This document shows positions 19,830 through 29,448 of a stretch of DNA of 64,000 nucleotides, piece by piece (position 1 is the first letter of the stretch; the number at the start of each line of letters is the position of its first letter). The notes beneath the pieces were generated by a model. It had not been told where the DNA came from and did not search any database. It saw only the letters and a list, made by a program, of their open reading frames with translations. Where the stretch lies: the NCBI GenBank assembly GCA_963838235.1, contig CAWIQJ010000001.1, positions 28,686 to 92,685 on the forward strand, in the 5' to 3' direction. The stretch comes from an uncultured Pseudomonadota bacterium. GTDB taxonomy: Bacteria > Pseudomonadota > Alphaproteobacteria > Caulobacterales > Caulobacteraceae. The translations under genes and the position numbers were made by a program.

Positions 19830-19904
19830 GCCTCCGCCCTAGCTTGGTTCTCGCCGCGACGATAGACGCACGCGCGTCGCCGATCTCGCGCTAAGCTGGC
19901 CCCC

Positions 19905-21945
19905 ATGGCTCCTCTCGACGCGCCGCCGGCCGACGCCTCGACCCCGCCGCCGGCGGTGGTGGAGATGGTGACCGTGCGCGGCGCGCGCCTGCCGCCGGCG
20001 CTGGGCGACAAGGCCTTTTCGATCATCCGCCTCGACCGTCAGGACCTGCAGGACCAGCCGCGCCTGGACGATGCGCTGGAACAGGTCCCGGGCGTGTCGC
20101 TGTTTCGCCGCTCGTCGAGCCTGGGGGGCAATCCGACCACCCAGGGCCTGTCGTTGCGCGCCATCGCGCCGTCGGGGTCGAGCCGCGCGCTCGTGACGCT
20201 GGACGGCGTGCCGCAGAACGACCCCTTCGGCGGTTGGGTGATCTGGACCGCCTTGCCGTCGGAAGACATCGAGGGGGTGAACATCGTGCGCGGCGCGGGC
20301 GCGGGGCCCTATGGCGCGGGCGCACTCACGGGCGTCGTGGCGCTGGAGGAGCGCACGCCGGCCGCGGGCGACTGGGCGGCGGATGTCGAGGGCGGCACGC
20401 TGGGGACCGCGCGTGCGGCGGGCGTCGCCGACATGGCCGCGGGGGCGGGCGATCTCTACGCCGAAGCGTCGGGCGAGAGCAGCGACGGCTGGGTCCCGGT
20501 GCACGCGGGGCGCGGTTTTGCCGACACCTCCCTCAGCCTGCACGACCGCCAGGGCGCCGTGCGCTGGACCGAGGACCTCGACGGCGGCGTGTTCGCGGCG
20601 CGCGCCGGCGCCTATGACGAGGATCGCGGCACGGGGACACGCGGCGGCACCGCGCACGCGGACGGGACCGACGAGAGCCTGAGCTGGGCCAGGGCGCCGA
20701 GCGCCGACGCCTACGGCTATCGTCTGCAGGTCTGGGCGCGGCAGTCGGGCTTTTCGCAACTGTCGTTGTCGGACGCGCTCGGCCACACCACCGCGACGCC
20801 GGCGGATCAGCAGTATGCGACACCGGCGCAGGGCATCGGCTTCAACGCCGCGCTGCGCCGCGCGACCGACGCGTGGAGCTGGGAAGTCGGCGCCGATGCA
20901 CGCGAGGCCGAGGGCGAGACGGAGGAACATTTCAAATTCGTCTCCGGCGCCTTCACCGAAAACCGCCTCGCCGGCGGTAAGAACGGCGTAGCGGGCGTCT
21001 ATGCGGAAGCGGCGCGCACGGACGGGCCGTGGCTGTTCACGGTCGGCGCCCGCGTCGACGGCTGGAGCAGTTGGGACGGCAAGCGCATCGAGACCCTGTT
21101 GTCGACCGGCGCCGTCACCTTGGACGATCAGCCGGTGAACCGCTTCGGAAGTCGTGCCGACGGCGCGCGCAGGCCTGACGCGCGACCTCGGCGATGGGTT
21201 TTATGCGCGCGCGGCGACCTATGCGGGGTTCCGGCCGCCGACGCTCAACGAGTTGCACCGACCGTTCCGTGTCGGCAATACGGTGACGGAATCCAATCCC
21301 GCGCTCGAACCTGAACGGCTCTACGGCGCCGAGGCGGGGATAGGCCGCGCGACCGGAGCGACCACCGTCGAAGCCACCGTGTTCGTGAACCGGCTCGACG
21401 ACGCGGTGACCAATGTCACCCTCGGCGTGGGGCCGGGCGTGTTTCCGAAGGCGGGCTTCATTCCGGCCGGCGGCGTGTTCCAGATGCGCGAGAACGCCGG
21501 CGCGGTTCAGGCGACGGGTTTGGAGTTCGACGCGCGGCACAAGCTTGCGGGCGATCGTGTGGTGCTGCGCGCAGCGTTGTCCGCGACGGACGCGCGGGTG
21601 GACGGCGGCGACCAGGCGCCGCAACTCACCGGCAAACGCCCCGCCGAGGCGCCGATCTGGACCGCGACGGCGGGCGCGTCCTGGCGTGCGGGCGAGCGGC
21701 TGACTCTCGATCTCGACGCGCGCTATGAATCGAAACGGTTCGAGGACGACCTGAACACCCGGGTGATCCGCGCCGACGTGGTCGCCGACGCGCGCGCGAC
21801 CTGGATGCTGACGCCGCACGCGTCCCTGTTCGTCGCGGCGGAGAACCTGTTCGATACCAGCGAGCCGACCGCGGTCGGAACCGACGGCGTGGTCAGCTAC
21901 GGGGCGCCGCGGATTTTGAGCGTCGGGGTTTCCCTCCGCCGCTGA
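19905..21945 (+). pseudogene. TonB-dependent receptor with one frameshift near 21150 and no recognisable signal peptide
   Basis: Plug motifs (VVEMVTVRGARL, VPGVSLFRRSSS, VTLDGVPQNDPFGG, IEGVNIVRGAGAGPYGAGALTGVV). C-terminal beta-barrel end ...YGAPRILSVGVSLRR is in a second frame. An in-frame stop lies at 19863. Confidence 0.8.
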
Positions 21946-23101
21946 GCGTCTGTTTGGCGATCGAGGCGAAGCGATCGATATCCTCTGGGTCGTGATAGAG
22001 CCCCAGGCCCACGCGCAGCACGTCGTCGCGGACGTCGGTGACCGCGCCCGCCTCTAGTAACTTCGCCTTCCACGCGTTTGCATCCGGGTGACGAAAGGCC
22101 AGGAAGCGTGCGTGCGGTTTGTCGTCGAGCGGATTGAGCAGTTGCGCGTCGCGGAACGGTCCCGCCTCGCCCGCGGCGACGAGGTCTAGGAACTGCGCCT
22201 GCAGCCCGGTGACATGCGCCGACACGGCTGCGGTCGAGAGCCCCTCGTCGGCCAGCATCTTGAACACGGCGTTGAAGCGGTAGAGCCCGCTGGGATCGAA
22301 GGTGGCGCCCATGAAGCGCGTGGCGTCGCGCGCGAAACCCACGCCGCCCGGCAGGCCTTCCAGGTCGGCGAACTCCGCATACCAGCCGCTGATCTCGGGC
22401 CGCGGACCGTAGCCCGGCGGCGCGTGCATAAAGGCCGCGCCTTCGCCGGCCATGGCGTATTTGTAGCCGCCGGCCAGATAGAACACGCGGTCCGATGCGC
22501 GCTTGAAGTCGGTGGGGATGGCCAAAAATCCGTGATAGCCGTCGAGCACCACCCACGGCCCCTCTGGCTTCGACAGGCGCGCCAGGTCGGCGAGCTTGTC
22601 GAATACCCGGCCCGACTTGAAAAAGACCTGGCTGACGAAGATCAGGTCGTAATGACCGCTCTTCGCTTTTGCGACAAAACGCTCGGCGAAATCGTCGAAG
22701 GGTTCGGCCGGGACAAGGCCGAGCTCGAAGGCGCCGCTCTCGGCCCAGCGCGCGCCCTGGCGGCGGAAGGAATGAAACTCGCCGTCGGTCGAGAGGACAC
22801 GCAGCGGCCGCTTCGGAAGCGCCGAGACCAGGCGCACGATCAGCTCGTGGGTGTTGGGCGCGAACACCACCGTCTCATGCGAGGGCAGCTTCAGTTCGGT
22901 CGCGACATTCTTGCGCGCCGTCTCCCATACCTCGCCCATGACCTTGTCCCACTTGCGGTCGGCGAACGCAGCGGCGTCGTCCCAGGCCTCGATCTGGGCG
23001 TCGCGCGAGACGTCGGGCCACAGGTGGTGGCTGTGCGCGGCCATGTGCAGCCGGCCGGGGGCGGCGTCGAGGGCGTGGGAGAACAGACGCTTGAACTTCA
23101 T
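21893..23101 (-). CDS. kynU: kynureninase-like class-V-fold PLP enzyme
   Basis: HLWP..., SQVFFKSG, LDGYHGF and a GGYKYAMAGEG PLP-lysine region. Adjacent to tryptophan 2,3-dioxygenase. An alternative GTG start lies at 23113. Confidence 0.7.
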   Translation of the reverse strand: MKFKRLFSHALDAAPGRLHMAAHSHHLWPDVSRDAQIEAWDDAAAFADRKWDKVMGEVWETARKNVATELKLPSHETVVFAPNTHELIVRLVSALPKRPLRVLSTDGEFHSFRRQGARWAESGAFELGLVPAEPFDDFAERFVAKAKSGHYDLIFVSQVFFKSGRVFDKLADLARLSKPEGPWVVLDGYHGFLAIPTDFKRASDRVFYLAGGYKYAMAGEGAAFMHAPPGYGPRPEISGWYAEFADLEGLPGGVGFARDATRFMGATFDPSGLYRFNAVFKMLADEGLSTAAVSAHVTGLQAQFLDLVAAGEAGPFRDAQLLNPLDDKPHARFLAFRHPDANAWKAKLLEAGAVTDVRDDVLRVGLGLYHDPEDIDRFASIAKQTLSGGGKPRRSKSAAPRS

Positions 23102-23112
23102 GACAGGTCTCA

Positions 23113-23224
23113 CTCAAGCGCTTTCAGGCGAAATGGAAGCCGGTTCGCCGCCCGGAAAGCGCGCTCAACTAAAGCGCTTTCAGGCGAAGTGGAAGCCGGT
23201 TCGCCGCCAGGAACGCGCGCTAAA
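23113..23224. repeat. tandem direct repeat, 2 x 56 bp (a third unit begins at 23225)
   Basis: ct(c/a)aagcgctttcaggcgaa(a/g)tggaagccggttcgccgcc(c/a)gga(a/-)... is repeated head-to-tail. Each unit contains a ggcgaa-N11-ttcgcc hairpin. Confidence 0.85.
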
Positions 23225-24022
23225 CTAAAGTCTCGTGCGAAGCGACCACAGTTCGGGGAAACAGCGCCGCTCCAGGGTGCGGGTCAGATAGCCGACGCCC
23301 TCGGTGCCGCCGGTGCCGCGCTTGCGGCCGATGATGCGCTCGACCGTGATCACGTGCTTGTGCCGCCAGGTCAAAAGCGCGTCGTCGAGGTCCACCAGTT
23401 TTTCGGCGAGCTGGTACAGCTCCCAATATTTTTCCGTGTTGCGATAGACCTCGAGCCAAGCGTCCTCGACCGCCGCGGACGGGACGTAGGGCTGCGACCA
23501 GTCGCGGGTCAGGGTCTCGGCGGGAATCGGCAGGCCGCGCGCGGCGACCTGGGCCAGGGCGTCGTCGTAGAGGCTCGGACTGTCGAGCGCGGCCTTCAGC
23601 TGCGCCAGCGCCTGCGGCCGCTCCTCGTGAAAGCGCAGGAAGCTCCCGTCCTTCAGGCCGAGGGTATATTCCAGCGTGCGGAACTGGTGCGACTGGAAGC
23701 CCGAGCTGGTGCCGAGCTCGCCGCGAAAGCTCAGATAGTCCGACGGCGTCATGGTCGCCAGGATGTCCCAGGACAGGGTCATCACCGTCCAGATGCGCGA
23801 GACCCGCGCCAGGGACTTGTAGGCCGGCTCCAGGTCGCCGCCGCGGATCAGCCGCTGCGCCAGGGCGAGATCGTAGATGATCTCCTTCAGCCACAGCTCC
23901 TTGGCCTGGTGGATGACGATGAACAGCATCTCGTCATGCCGGTCGCTGCGCGGCCGCTGGCAGGCGAGGAGGTCGTCGAGGCCGAGGTATTCGGCGTAGG
24001 TGGGGGAGGATGGGGAGTCCAT
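23225..24022 (-). CDS. kynA: tryptophan 2,3-dioxygenase
   Basis: YAEYLGLDDLL..Q......HDEMLFIVIHQAKELW...SGFQS.QFR..E...G and RHKHVITVERIIG..GTGG motifs. Confidence 0.85.
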   Translation of the reverse strand: MDSPSSPTYAEYLGLDDLLACQRPRSDRHDEMLFIVIHQAKELWLKEIIYDLALAQRLIRGGDLEPAYKSLARVSRIWTVMTLSWDILATMTPSDYLSFRGELGTSSGFQSHQFRTLEYTLGLKDGSFLRFHEERPQALAQLKAALDSPSLYDDALAQVAARGLPIPAETLTRDWSQPYVPSAAVEDAWLEVYRNTEKYWELYQLAEKLVDLDDALLTWRHKHVITVERIIGRKRGTGGTEGVGYLTRTLERRCFPELWSLRTRL

Positions 24023-24191
24023 GAGCGGGCTTCTAGCCCTTAGGGTCCGGGCTTCACAACCGGCGAAGGGTTGTCCCTGGGGCGTCGCTGCGGACCCCCG
24101 CCGCAAGTCCGTTCCAAAACCGGCCTTTACGCTCTAGTTTGCCCGTTCGGCCCGCGCCGGGGGGACCAGCGCGCGGCGGAGGGGAAATTTC

Positions 24192-25688
24192 ATGGCTTCT
24201 TTCTTGACCCGGACCAAGTCGATCGACCTGGCCACCACCCATGCCGCGGACAAACAGCTCAAGCCGACGCTGAGCTGGCCGCACCTGATCGCGCTGGGCG
24301 TCGGCGCCATCGTCGGCACCGGCATCTATACCCTGACCGGCATTGCCGCCGCCCTGGCCGGGCCGGGCATGATCTTCTCGTTCCTGCTGTGCGGCGTGCT
24401 CGTGCTGACCGCGGCGTTATGTTACGCCGAGATGGCGACCATGGTGCCGGCGTCGGGCAGCGCCTTCACTTACAGCTATACCGCGCTCGGTGAGACCGTC
24501 GCCTGGATCATCGGCTGGGCTCTGGTGCTGGAGTACGCGGTCGGCGCGGCGGCGGTGGCCGTCGGCTGGTCCGGCCACGCCAACGAGTTCCTGCACTGGT
24601 CGGCCATGCGTTTCCACACGCCGCTCTTGCCCGACAACCTGACCAAGGGCGTGCTCGCCGGCGCGCCGATCATGGATCTGATCCACGGCAAGGCGCAGGT
24701 GGACCTGTCGAAGGCCTTCCTCGACATTCCGGCCATGTTCATCGTGCTGGTGGTGACCGGCCTGCTTGCGCTCGGTACGCGCGAGAGCGCGACGGTCAAC
24801 ATCGTGCTGGTGACCATCAAGCTCGCCGCCCTGGTGATGTTCGTGGTGATCGCCGCGCCCTATTTCGACGCGCACTACCTGCATCCGATCGCACCGCACG
24901 GCTGGGGCGCGACGCCCAACCTGACCGACGGTCGCAACTACGGTGTTCTAGGCGCCGCGGGGCTGGTGTTCTTCGCCTTCTACGGCTTCGACGCGGTGTC
25001 CACCGCGGCGGAAGAGACCAAGCGGCCGGAACGCGACATGACCATCGGCATCGTGGGATCGATGGTCGTTTGCACCGTGATCTATATGGGCGTGGCGCTG
25101 ACCGCGCTGGGCGCCATGTATTACACCGGCTGGGCGGACGACCGCATCCCGCTGGTGACCATCCTGAAGTATCTCAAGTCGCCGCAGGCGGCGACCTGGC
25201 TCACGGTCGCGGTGCTGGTGGCGGTGCCGACGGTGATCCTGGTCTTGTTGTACGGCCAGAGCCGCATCTTCTTCGTGATGTCGCGCGACGGCCTGCTACC
25301 GGAGAGCTTCAGCAAAGTGAACCCCAAGACCCGCACGCCGATCGCCCTGACGATGGGTACGGGCGTGCTGGTGGCGCTGGTCGCGGGCACCGTGCCGCTG
25401 GCCGACATCGGGGTGCTGGCCAACGCCGGGACGCTGGCGGCGTTCATGGCGGTGGCGTTGAGCGTGATCGTGCTCCGGCTGAAACAGCCCGAGCGCAAGC
25501 GCGTGTTCAAGACGCCGCTGGTGTGGGTGACCGCGCCGCTCTGCGTGGTCGGCTGCTTTTATCTGTTCGTGGTCGGACTGCCGCGCCTCACCCACATGCT
25601 GTTCCTGGCGTGGGGCGGGATCGGCCTTGCCTTCTATCTGCTGTACGGCGCCTGGCGCTCGAAACTGGCGCGCGGGGAGCAGGGCTAG
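24192..25688 (+). CDS. APC-family amino acid permease
   Basis: 498 aa, about 12 TM segments. N-terminal GVGAIVGTGIY signature. Divergent from kynA. Confidence 0.85.
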   Translation: MASFLTRTKSIDLATTHAADKQLKPTLSWPHLIALGVGAIVGTGIYTLTGIAAALAGPGMIFSFLLCGVLVLTAALCYAEMATMVPASGSAFTYSYTALGETVAWIIGWALVLEYAVGAAAVAVGWSGHANEFLHWSAMRFHTPLLPDNLTKGVLAGAPIMDLIHGKAQVDLSKAFLDIPAMFIVLVVTGLLALGTRESATVNIVLVTIKLAALVMFVVIAAPYFDAHYLHPIAPHGWGATPNLTDGRNYGVLGAAGLVFFAFYGFDAVSTAAEETKRPERDMTIGIVGSMVVCTVIYMGVALTALGAMYYTGWADDRIPLVTILKYLKSPQAATWLTVAVLVAVPTVILVLLYGQSRIFFVMSRDGLLPESFSKVNPKTRTPIALTMGTGVLVALVAGTVPLADIGVLANAGTLAAFMAVALSVIVLRLKQPERKRVFKTPLVWVTAPLCVVGCFYLFVVGLPRLTHMLFLAWGGIGLAFYLLYGAWRSKLARGEQG

Positions 25689-25706
25689 ATCACGTCCTCA
25701 TCGGGG

Positions 25707-26114
25707 TCAGGGCCGCGCCTTCTTGGGGAGGGCCTTGACCTCGTCGGGCGTCAGGTGGGCCGCCACCTTCACGGGGCAGCGCTGTTCGCCGATGCCGGAC
25801 TGGCGATAGACCACGTCGGCCGGGTCGCCGACGCAGATCCAGCCGCCGCCGCCGCGGTCGACCAGCCGGATGCCCATGGTCCAGTCGAGGTCCATGCACG
25901 GGCCGAAGGTCTCCAGCCGGTAGACGTCGTTCACCGACACCCGGACGTAGACGGTGTGCTCGTCCGGCGCCGAAAAGCCGTTCAACTCGCTGTGGAAGAA
26001 GCAGGATTTGTTCGCCGGCTTGGCCTTGCTGTCGGGGGCGCCGACGGCGACGGCGGAAGCGGAGAGAAAGAAGAGGGTGGCGAGGGTGCAAGCCCTCAGG
26101 ACATAGCCGCGCAT
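25707..26114 (-). CDS. hypothetical exported protein
   Basis: Start taken at MRGYVLRACTLATLFFLSASAVAVGA (signal peptide). Cys-containing ~110-aa mature part. The upstream part of the long ORF overlaps mnmC and looks non-coding. Confidence 0.55.
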   Translation of the reverse strand: MRGYVLRACTLATLFFLSASAVAVGAPDSKAKPANKSCFFHSELNGFSAPDEHTVYVRVSVNDVYRLETFGPCMDLDWTMGIRLVDRGGGGWICVGDPADVVYRQSGIGEQRCPVKVAAHLTPDEVKALPKKARP

Positions 26115-26211
26115 GGGCCGGTCTCCTGGTCTGTCTGCGTTCCCCGACGGACGCAGTCTAAGCCGCGACGGTTCAATCCGGAAATCCGGCCGATCCGTCG
26201 CCGAGCCCGCG

Positions 26212-27993
26212 TCATCGCTGAAAGCGTGCAGGCGCGACCAGGGTTCCGAGGTCGAAGGGCAGCGGCGAGGGCGCGTCTGCGGCCAAGGCCGCCACATGCT
26301 CCGCCAGCAGGGGCGCGGCGGTGAAGCCACGCGAGCCCAGACCGCCCAGGACGTAGAACCCCTCCCCGACCGCGCCGGCCAGCGGCAGCCGGTCCGCGGT
26401 CAGCGCCCGCACCGCCGCCCAGCCCTGTCGGGGGGCGTCGGCGAGGCTCCGCGCCAGGCCCGGCGTCACCCGCTCCAGGCTCTCCAGATTGCGCCGGTCG
26501 TCTTCGTCGCGGGCGTCGGATGCGGCGTCGCCCCGGTCGTGGGTCGCGCCAACCAGGACCCCGCCCGGCAGCGGGACGACATAGCCGCCCCAGGCGAAGG
26601 CGGGCGGCGCGGCCTCGGTCTCGAACCGGGTCGCCTGGCCCCGCGTCGCCGTAAGCAAACCTTCCGGCAGGAACGCGCGCGCGCCCCAGCCGCCGGCGAT
26701 GCAGACGATGTCAGCGTTCAGGATCACCGCGCCGCTCGCATCCTTCACCGTCCAGCCGTCGGCGTTGCGTTCGACGCCGCCGACCTCCGCGTCAATGCGT
26801 TGCGCTCCGTCGAGCCAGGCCGCGATCACGCGCGCCGGATCGATGGCGAGACCGTCGCCCAGATCGAGCGCGCCGCGGGATACGGGCTCGCCGGTGCGAT
26901 GGGAGACGACGTCCTGGGCGACGCGCGTCATGGACTCGCGCGGCCACAGCGCCTGAGCGGCGATCTTGTCGAAGCGCGCGGCGTCGCGCGCCTGGTGTTC
27001 GAGCTGCAGCACGCCTTCGCTCAGAATCGCGTCAGGTGTTTCGCGGCGATAGGCGTCGACCGCACGGTCGAACGCCTGGGCGAACAATCGCGCGACCGTG
27101 TCGCCGGCGGCGTCGAAGCGCGGCGTGACCAGGGCGGCGGGAACGTCGGAGGCGCGCGCTTCGGCGCGATCGATCACCGTGCACGCGCACCCGAGCGCCT
27201 TGAACGCGCGGGCAAGCGACGCGCCGGCAATTCCGCCGCCGACGATCGCAACCGTCCTGACGGGAGCGTATTCCCGAACGCCGGGCAACACCGCTTCCAG
27301 ACGTTCGCGTTTGCGGCCGAAGCCGGGGCGTTTGGCGACCTCGAAGCCTTGCGCCGCCAAGCCGCGCCGCACCTCGCCCGCGACGGTGAAGGTGGCGGCC
27401 CGCGCGCCGGAGGCGGACCGTTGCGCGATCAGCGACAGCACATCCTCGCGCCACATCTGGGGATTGGCGGCGGGCGCGAAGCCGTCGAGGAACCAGGCGT
27501 CGGCGTGGCCCTGCCACAGGGCGAGCGCGTCGGCGGCTTCGAGGTAGGCGAGGTCGAGGGTGGCGGCGAACTCCGGCAGGTCGACGCGATGGAAGCCCGG
27601 CGTGCGCGGCGGCAGGCGCGCGGTCACAAGCGCGGCGATCTCCGCCAGCTCGGGCCAGCGCGCCAGCGCGCGCTCGACGTCGCCCCGCGCCATCGGAAAG
27701 GCCTCGACGGAGAAGATGTGGAGCGTCGCTTCGTCAGGTCTTGTCCGGCGCCACAGGTCGAGCAGGGCCGTGACGTTCAGGCCCGTACCGAAACCGAGTT
27801 CACCCACGGTGAAACGGCGGCGTCCGCGCCAGCTGTCCGGCAGGCCGCAACCTTCGAGGAACACCGCGCGCGATTCTTCCAGGCCGTTCTCGGCGGAGAA
27901 ATAGACGTCGCCGAACCGCCCCGACCGCGGTTCGCCGTCGGCGCTCCAGTCGAGCTCTGGATCGTTCAACGGTGTCGTCGGATCGGCTGTCAT
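26212..27993 (-). CDS. mnmC: bifunctional tRNA (mnm5s2U34) methyltransferase / FAD-dependent cmnm5s2U34 oxidoreductase MnmC
   Basis: N-terminal DUF752/MTase (GELGFGTGLN, DAWFLDGFAP) fused to an FAD domain (VAIVGGGIAGASLA). Confidence 0.85.
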   Translation of the reverse strand: MTADPTTPLNDPELDWSADGEPRSGRFGDVYFSAENGLEESRAVFLEGCGLPDSWRGRRRFTVGELGFGTGLNVTALLDLWRRTRPDEATLHIFSVEAFPMARGDVERALARWPELAEIAALVTARLPPRTPGFHRVDLPEFAATLDLAYLEAADALALWQGHADAWFLDGFAPAANPQMWREDVLSLIAQRSASGARAATFTVAGEVRRGLAAQGFEVAKRPGFGRKRERLEAVLPGVREYAPVRTVAIVGGGIAGASLARAFKALGCACTVIDRAEARASDVPAALVTPRFDAAGDTVARLFAQAFDRAVDAYRRETPDAILSEGVLQLEHQARDAARFDKIAAQALWPRESMTRVAQDVVSHRTGEPVSRGALDLGDGLAIDPARVIAAWLDGAQRIDAEVGGVERNADGWTVKDASGAVILNADIVCIAGGWGARAFLPEGLLTATRGQATRFETEAAPPAFAWGGYVVPLPGGVLVGATHDRGDAASDARDEDDRRNLESLERVTPGLARSLADAPRQGWAAVRALTADRLPLAGAVGEGFYVLGGLGSRGFTAAPLLAEHVAALAADAPSPLPFDLGTLVAPARFQR

Positions 27994-28003
27994 GCGGGCA
28001 TAG

Positions 28004-28033
28004 AAAAAGGGCCGCTCCGGGTGGAGCGGCCCT
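28004..28033 (-). terminator. rho-independent terminator after the small lipoprotein gene
   Basis: The minus strand reads agggccgctcc-accc-ggagcggccct followed by TTTTTCT. Confidence 0.6.
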
Positions 28034-28060
28034 CACTCATAACCCCAAAGGGTCGTGAGA

Positions 28061-28312
28061 TTACTTCTTCGCCGGTTCAGCGGCCTTCATGTCGCCAGCC
28101 GGAGCAGCCATGTTGCCGGCGGGGGCAGCGGCGGCGCCCTTGGCGTCGGTCGCGGCGGTGTTCGAGGCGGCGGCGGCGTCCGGAGCCGTGGTGTTGGTCG
28201 CGGCGGCCGGGGTCGCGTCGGCGGCGTTGTTCGCGGCGTCAGCGGGCTTCTTGCAGGCGGTGACGGAGAGAGCGGCCATAGCGACGCCGACGATGAGGAT
28301 CTTGCGGATCAT
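28061..28312 (-). CDS. small Ala-rich lipoprotein
   Basis: Signal plus lipobox MIRKILIVGVAMAALSVTAC. Low-complexity A/T/N/P-rich mature part. Confidence 0.6.
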   Translation of the reverse strand: MIRKILIVGVAMAALSVTACKKPADAANNAADATPAAATNTTAPDAAAASNTAATDAKGAAAAPAGNMAAPAGDMKAAEPAKK

Positions 28313-28488
28313 GTTTGTGTTCCCTGGTCCCTAGAAGGAGAGTTTGGGGCTCCGAGAAGGGATTTCTCGACGCCCCCCGCGTCAGCCTGTACGCGCGCCG
28401 CGGGCGGTTCGCAAGCAAAATCTCACGGTTTCGTGATGGGCGCGTGACCGTATACGGACAGGGATTGCGGCCGCTCAGCTAGGGCGGA

Positions 28489-29363
28489 TCAGGCGGCTTC
28501 GGCGGTGATGCCGTTCAGGGATTCTTCCAGTTCGGCGAAGCTGGGCTGGGAGGTCGAGGGCACATTGCCGCGGCCGATCTCCACCGAGATCTGGGCGGCG
28601 TTGCCGTGCAGGTGGGCCACCAGCGCCGCCTGGATGATTTTGTAGAACGCGGCTTCCTCGTCGATCACGTCCTTCATGCGCGTGGCCATGGGACCGACCA
28701 TGCCGTAGGCCAGGAACACGCCCAGGAAGGTGCCGACGAGCGCCCCGCCGATCATGGCGCCCAGCACTTCGGGCGGCTCGGTGATCGCGCCCATGGTCTT
28801 GATCACGCCCAGCACGGCGGCGACGATGCCCAGCGCCGGCAAGCGCGTCGGCCATGCTCTGCAGCGCGTGCGCCGGTCCCAGAGCCTCGTGGTGGTGCTT
28901 CTCCAGCTGCTTTTCCATGGCGTCTTCGATCTGGTGCGGATCCTCCAGGTTCATCGTCATCATCCGCAGCGTGTCGCAGATGAAGTCGATGGCGAAGTGG
29001 TCCTTCATGATCCGCGGGAAGCGCGTGAAGATGGTGCTCTCCGCCGGGCGCTCGATATGGCTTTCGAGCGCGATGACGCCCTTCGACTTCATCGTCTTGG
29101 TCAGCAGGAAGAGCAGCGCCAGCAGGTCGCGATAGTCGCCGGCCTTCCACTTGGGCCCGGCGAACACCTTGCCGAAGCCGCCCAGGGTGCCCTTGATCAC
29201 GGGCATGGAGTTGGAGGTCAGGAAGGCCCCGATGGCCGCCCCGAAGATGCACATCAGCTCGTGCGGCAGCTCCTTCAGAACGACACCCATGTTGCCGCCT
29301 GAGATGATGAAGCTGCCGAACACCATCCCGAACAGGAGCGACGATGCCGATGATCTGGAACAT
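28489..29363 (-). pseudogene. motA: flagellar motor stator protein MotA with two frameshifts (~29335 and ~28845)
   Basis: MFQIIGIVA / SLLFGMVFGSFIISGGNMGVVLKELPHELM...EKHHHEALGPAHALQSMADAL / PALGIVAAVLGVIKTMG...AFYKII lie in different frames. Confidence 0.8.
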
Positions 29364-29448
29364 GAGGGGCCCGCGAATAACTCGGGCGGATCATGCCGGT
29401 TAATGCTTAAGGGCGCGTTTTCGTAAGGCTTTACGGGGGGTAAACGGC

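Noticed and set aside
19830-19904. Possible riboswitch (e.g. cobalamin) ahead of the TonB-dependent receptor
   Set aside because: Only 75 nt are available between the divergent genes, which is too short. No B12-box-like sequence is visible.
22214-24043. 609-aa plus-strand ORF
   Set aside because: It is antisense to kynU and kynA and runs through the 56-bp tandem repeat. It has no recognisable motifs, whereas the minus-strand genes are well supported.
26113-28263. 716-aa plus-strand ORF
   Set aside because: It is antisense to mnmC and the small lipoprotein gene. The translation is Arg/Gly/Ala low complexity.
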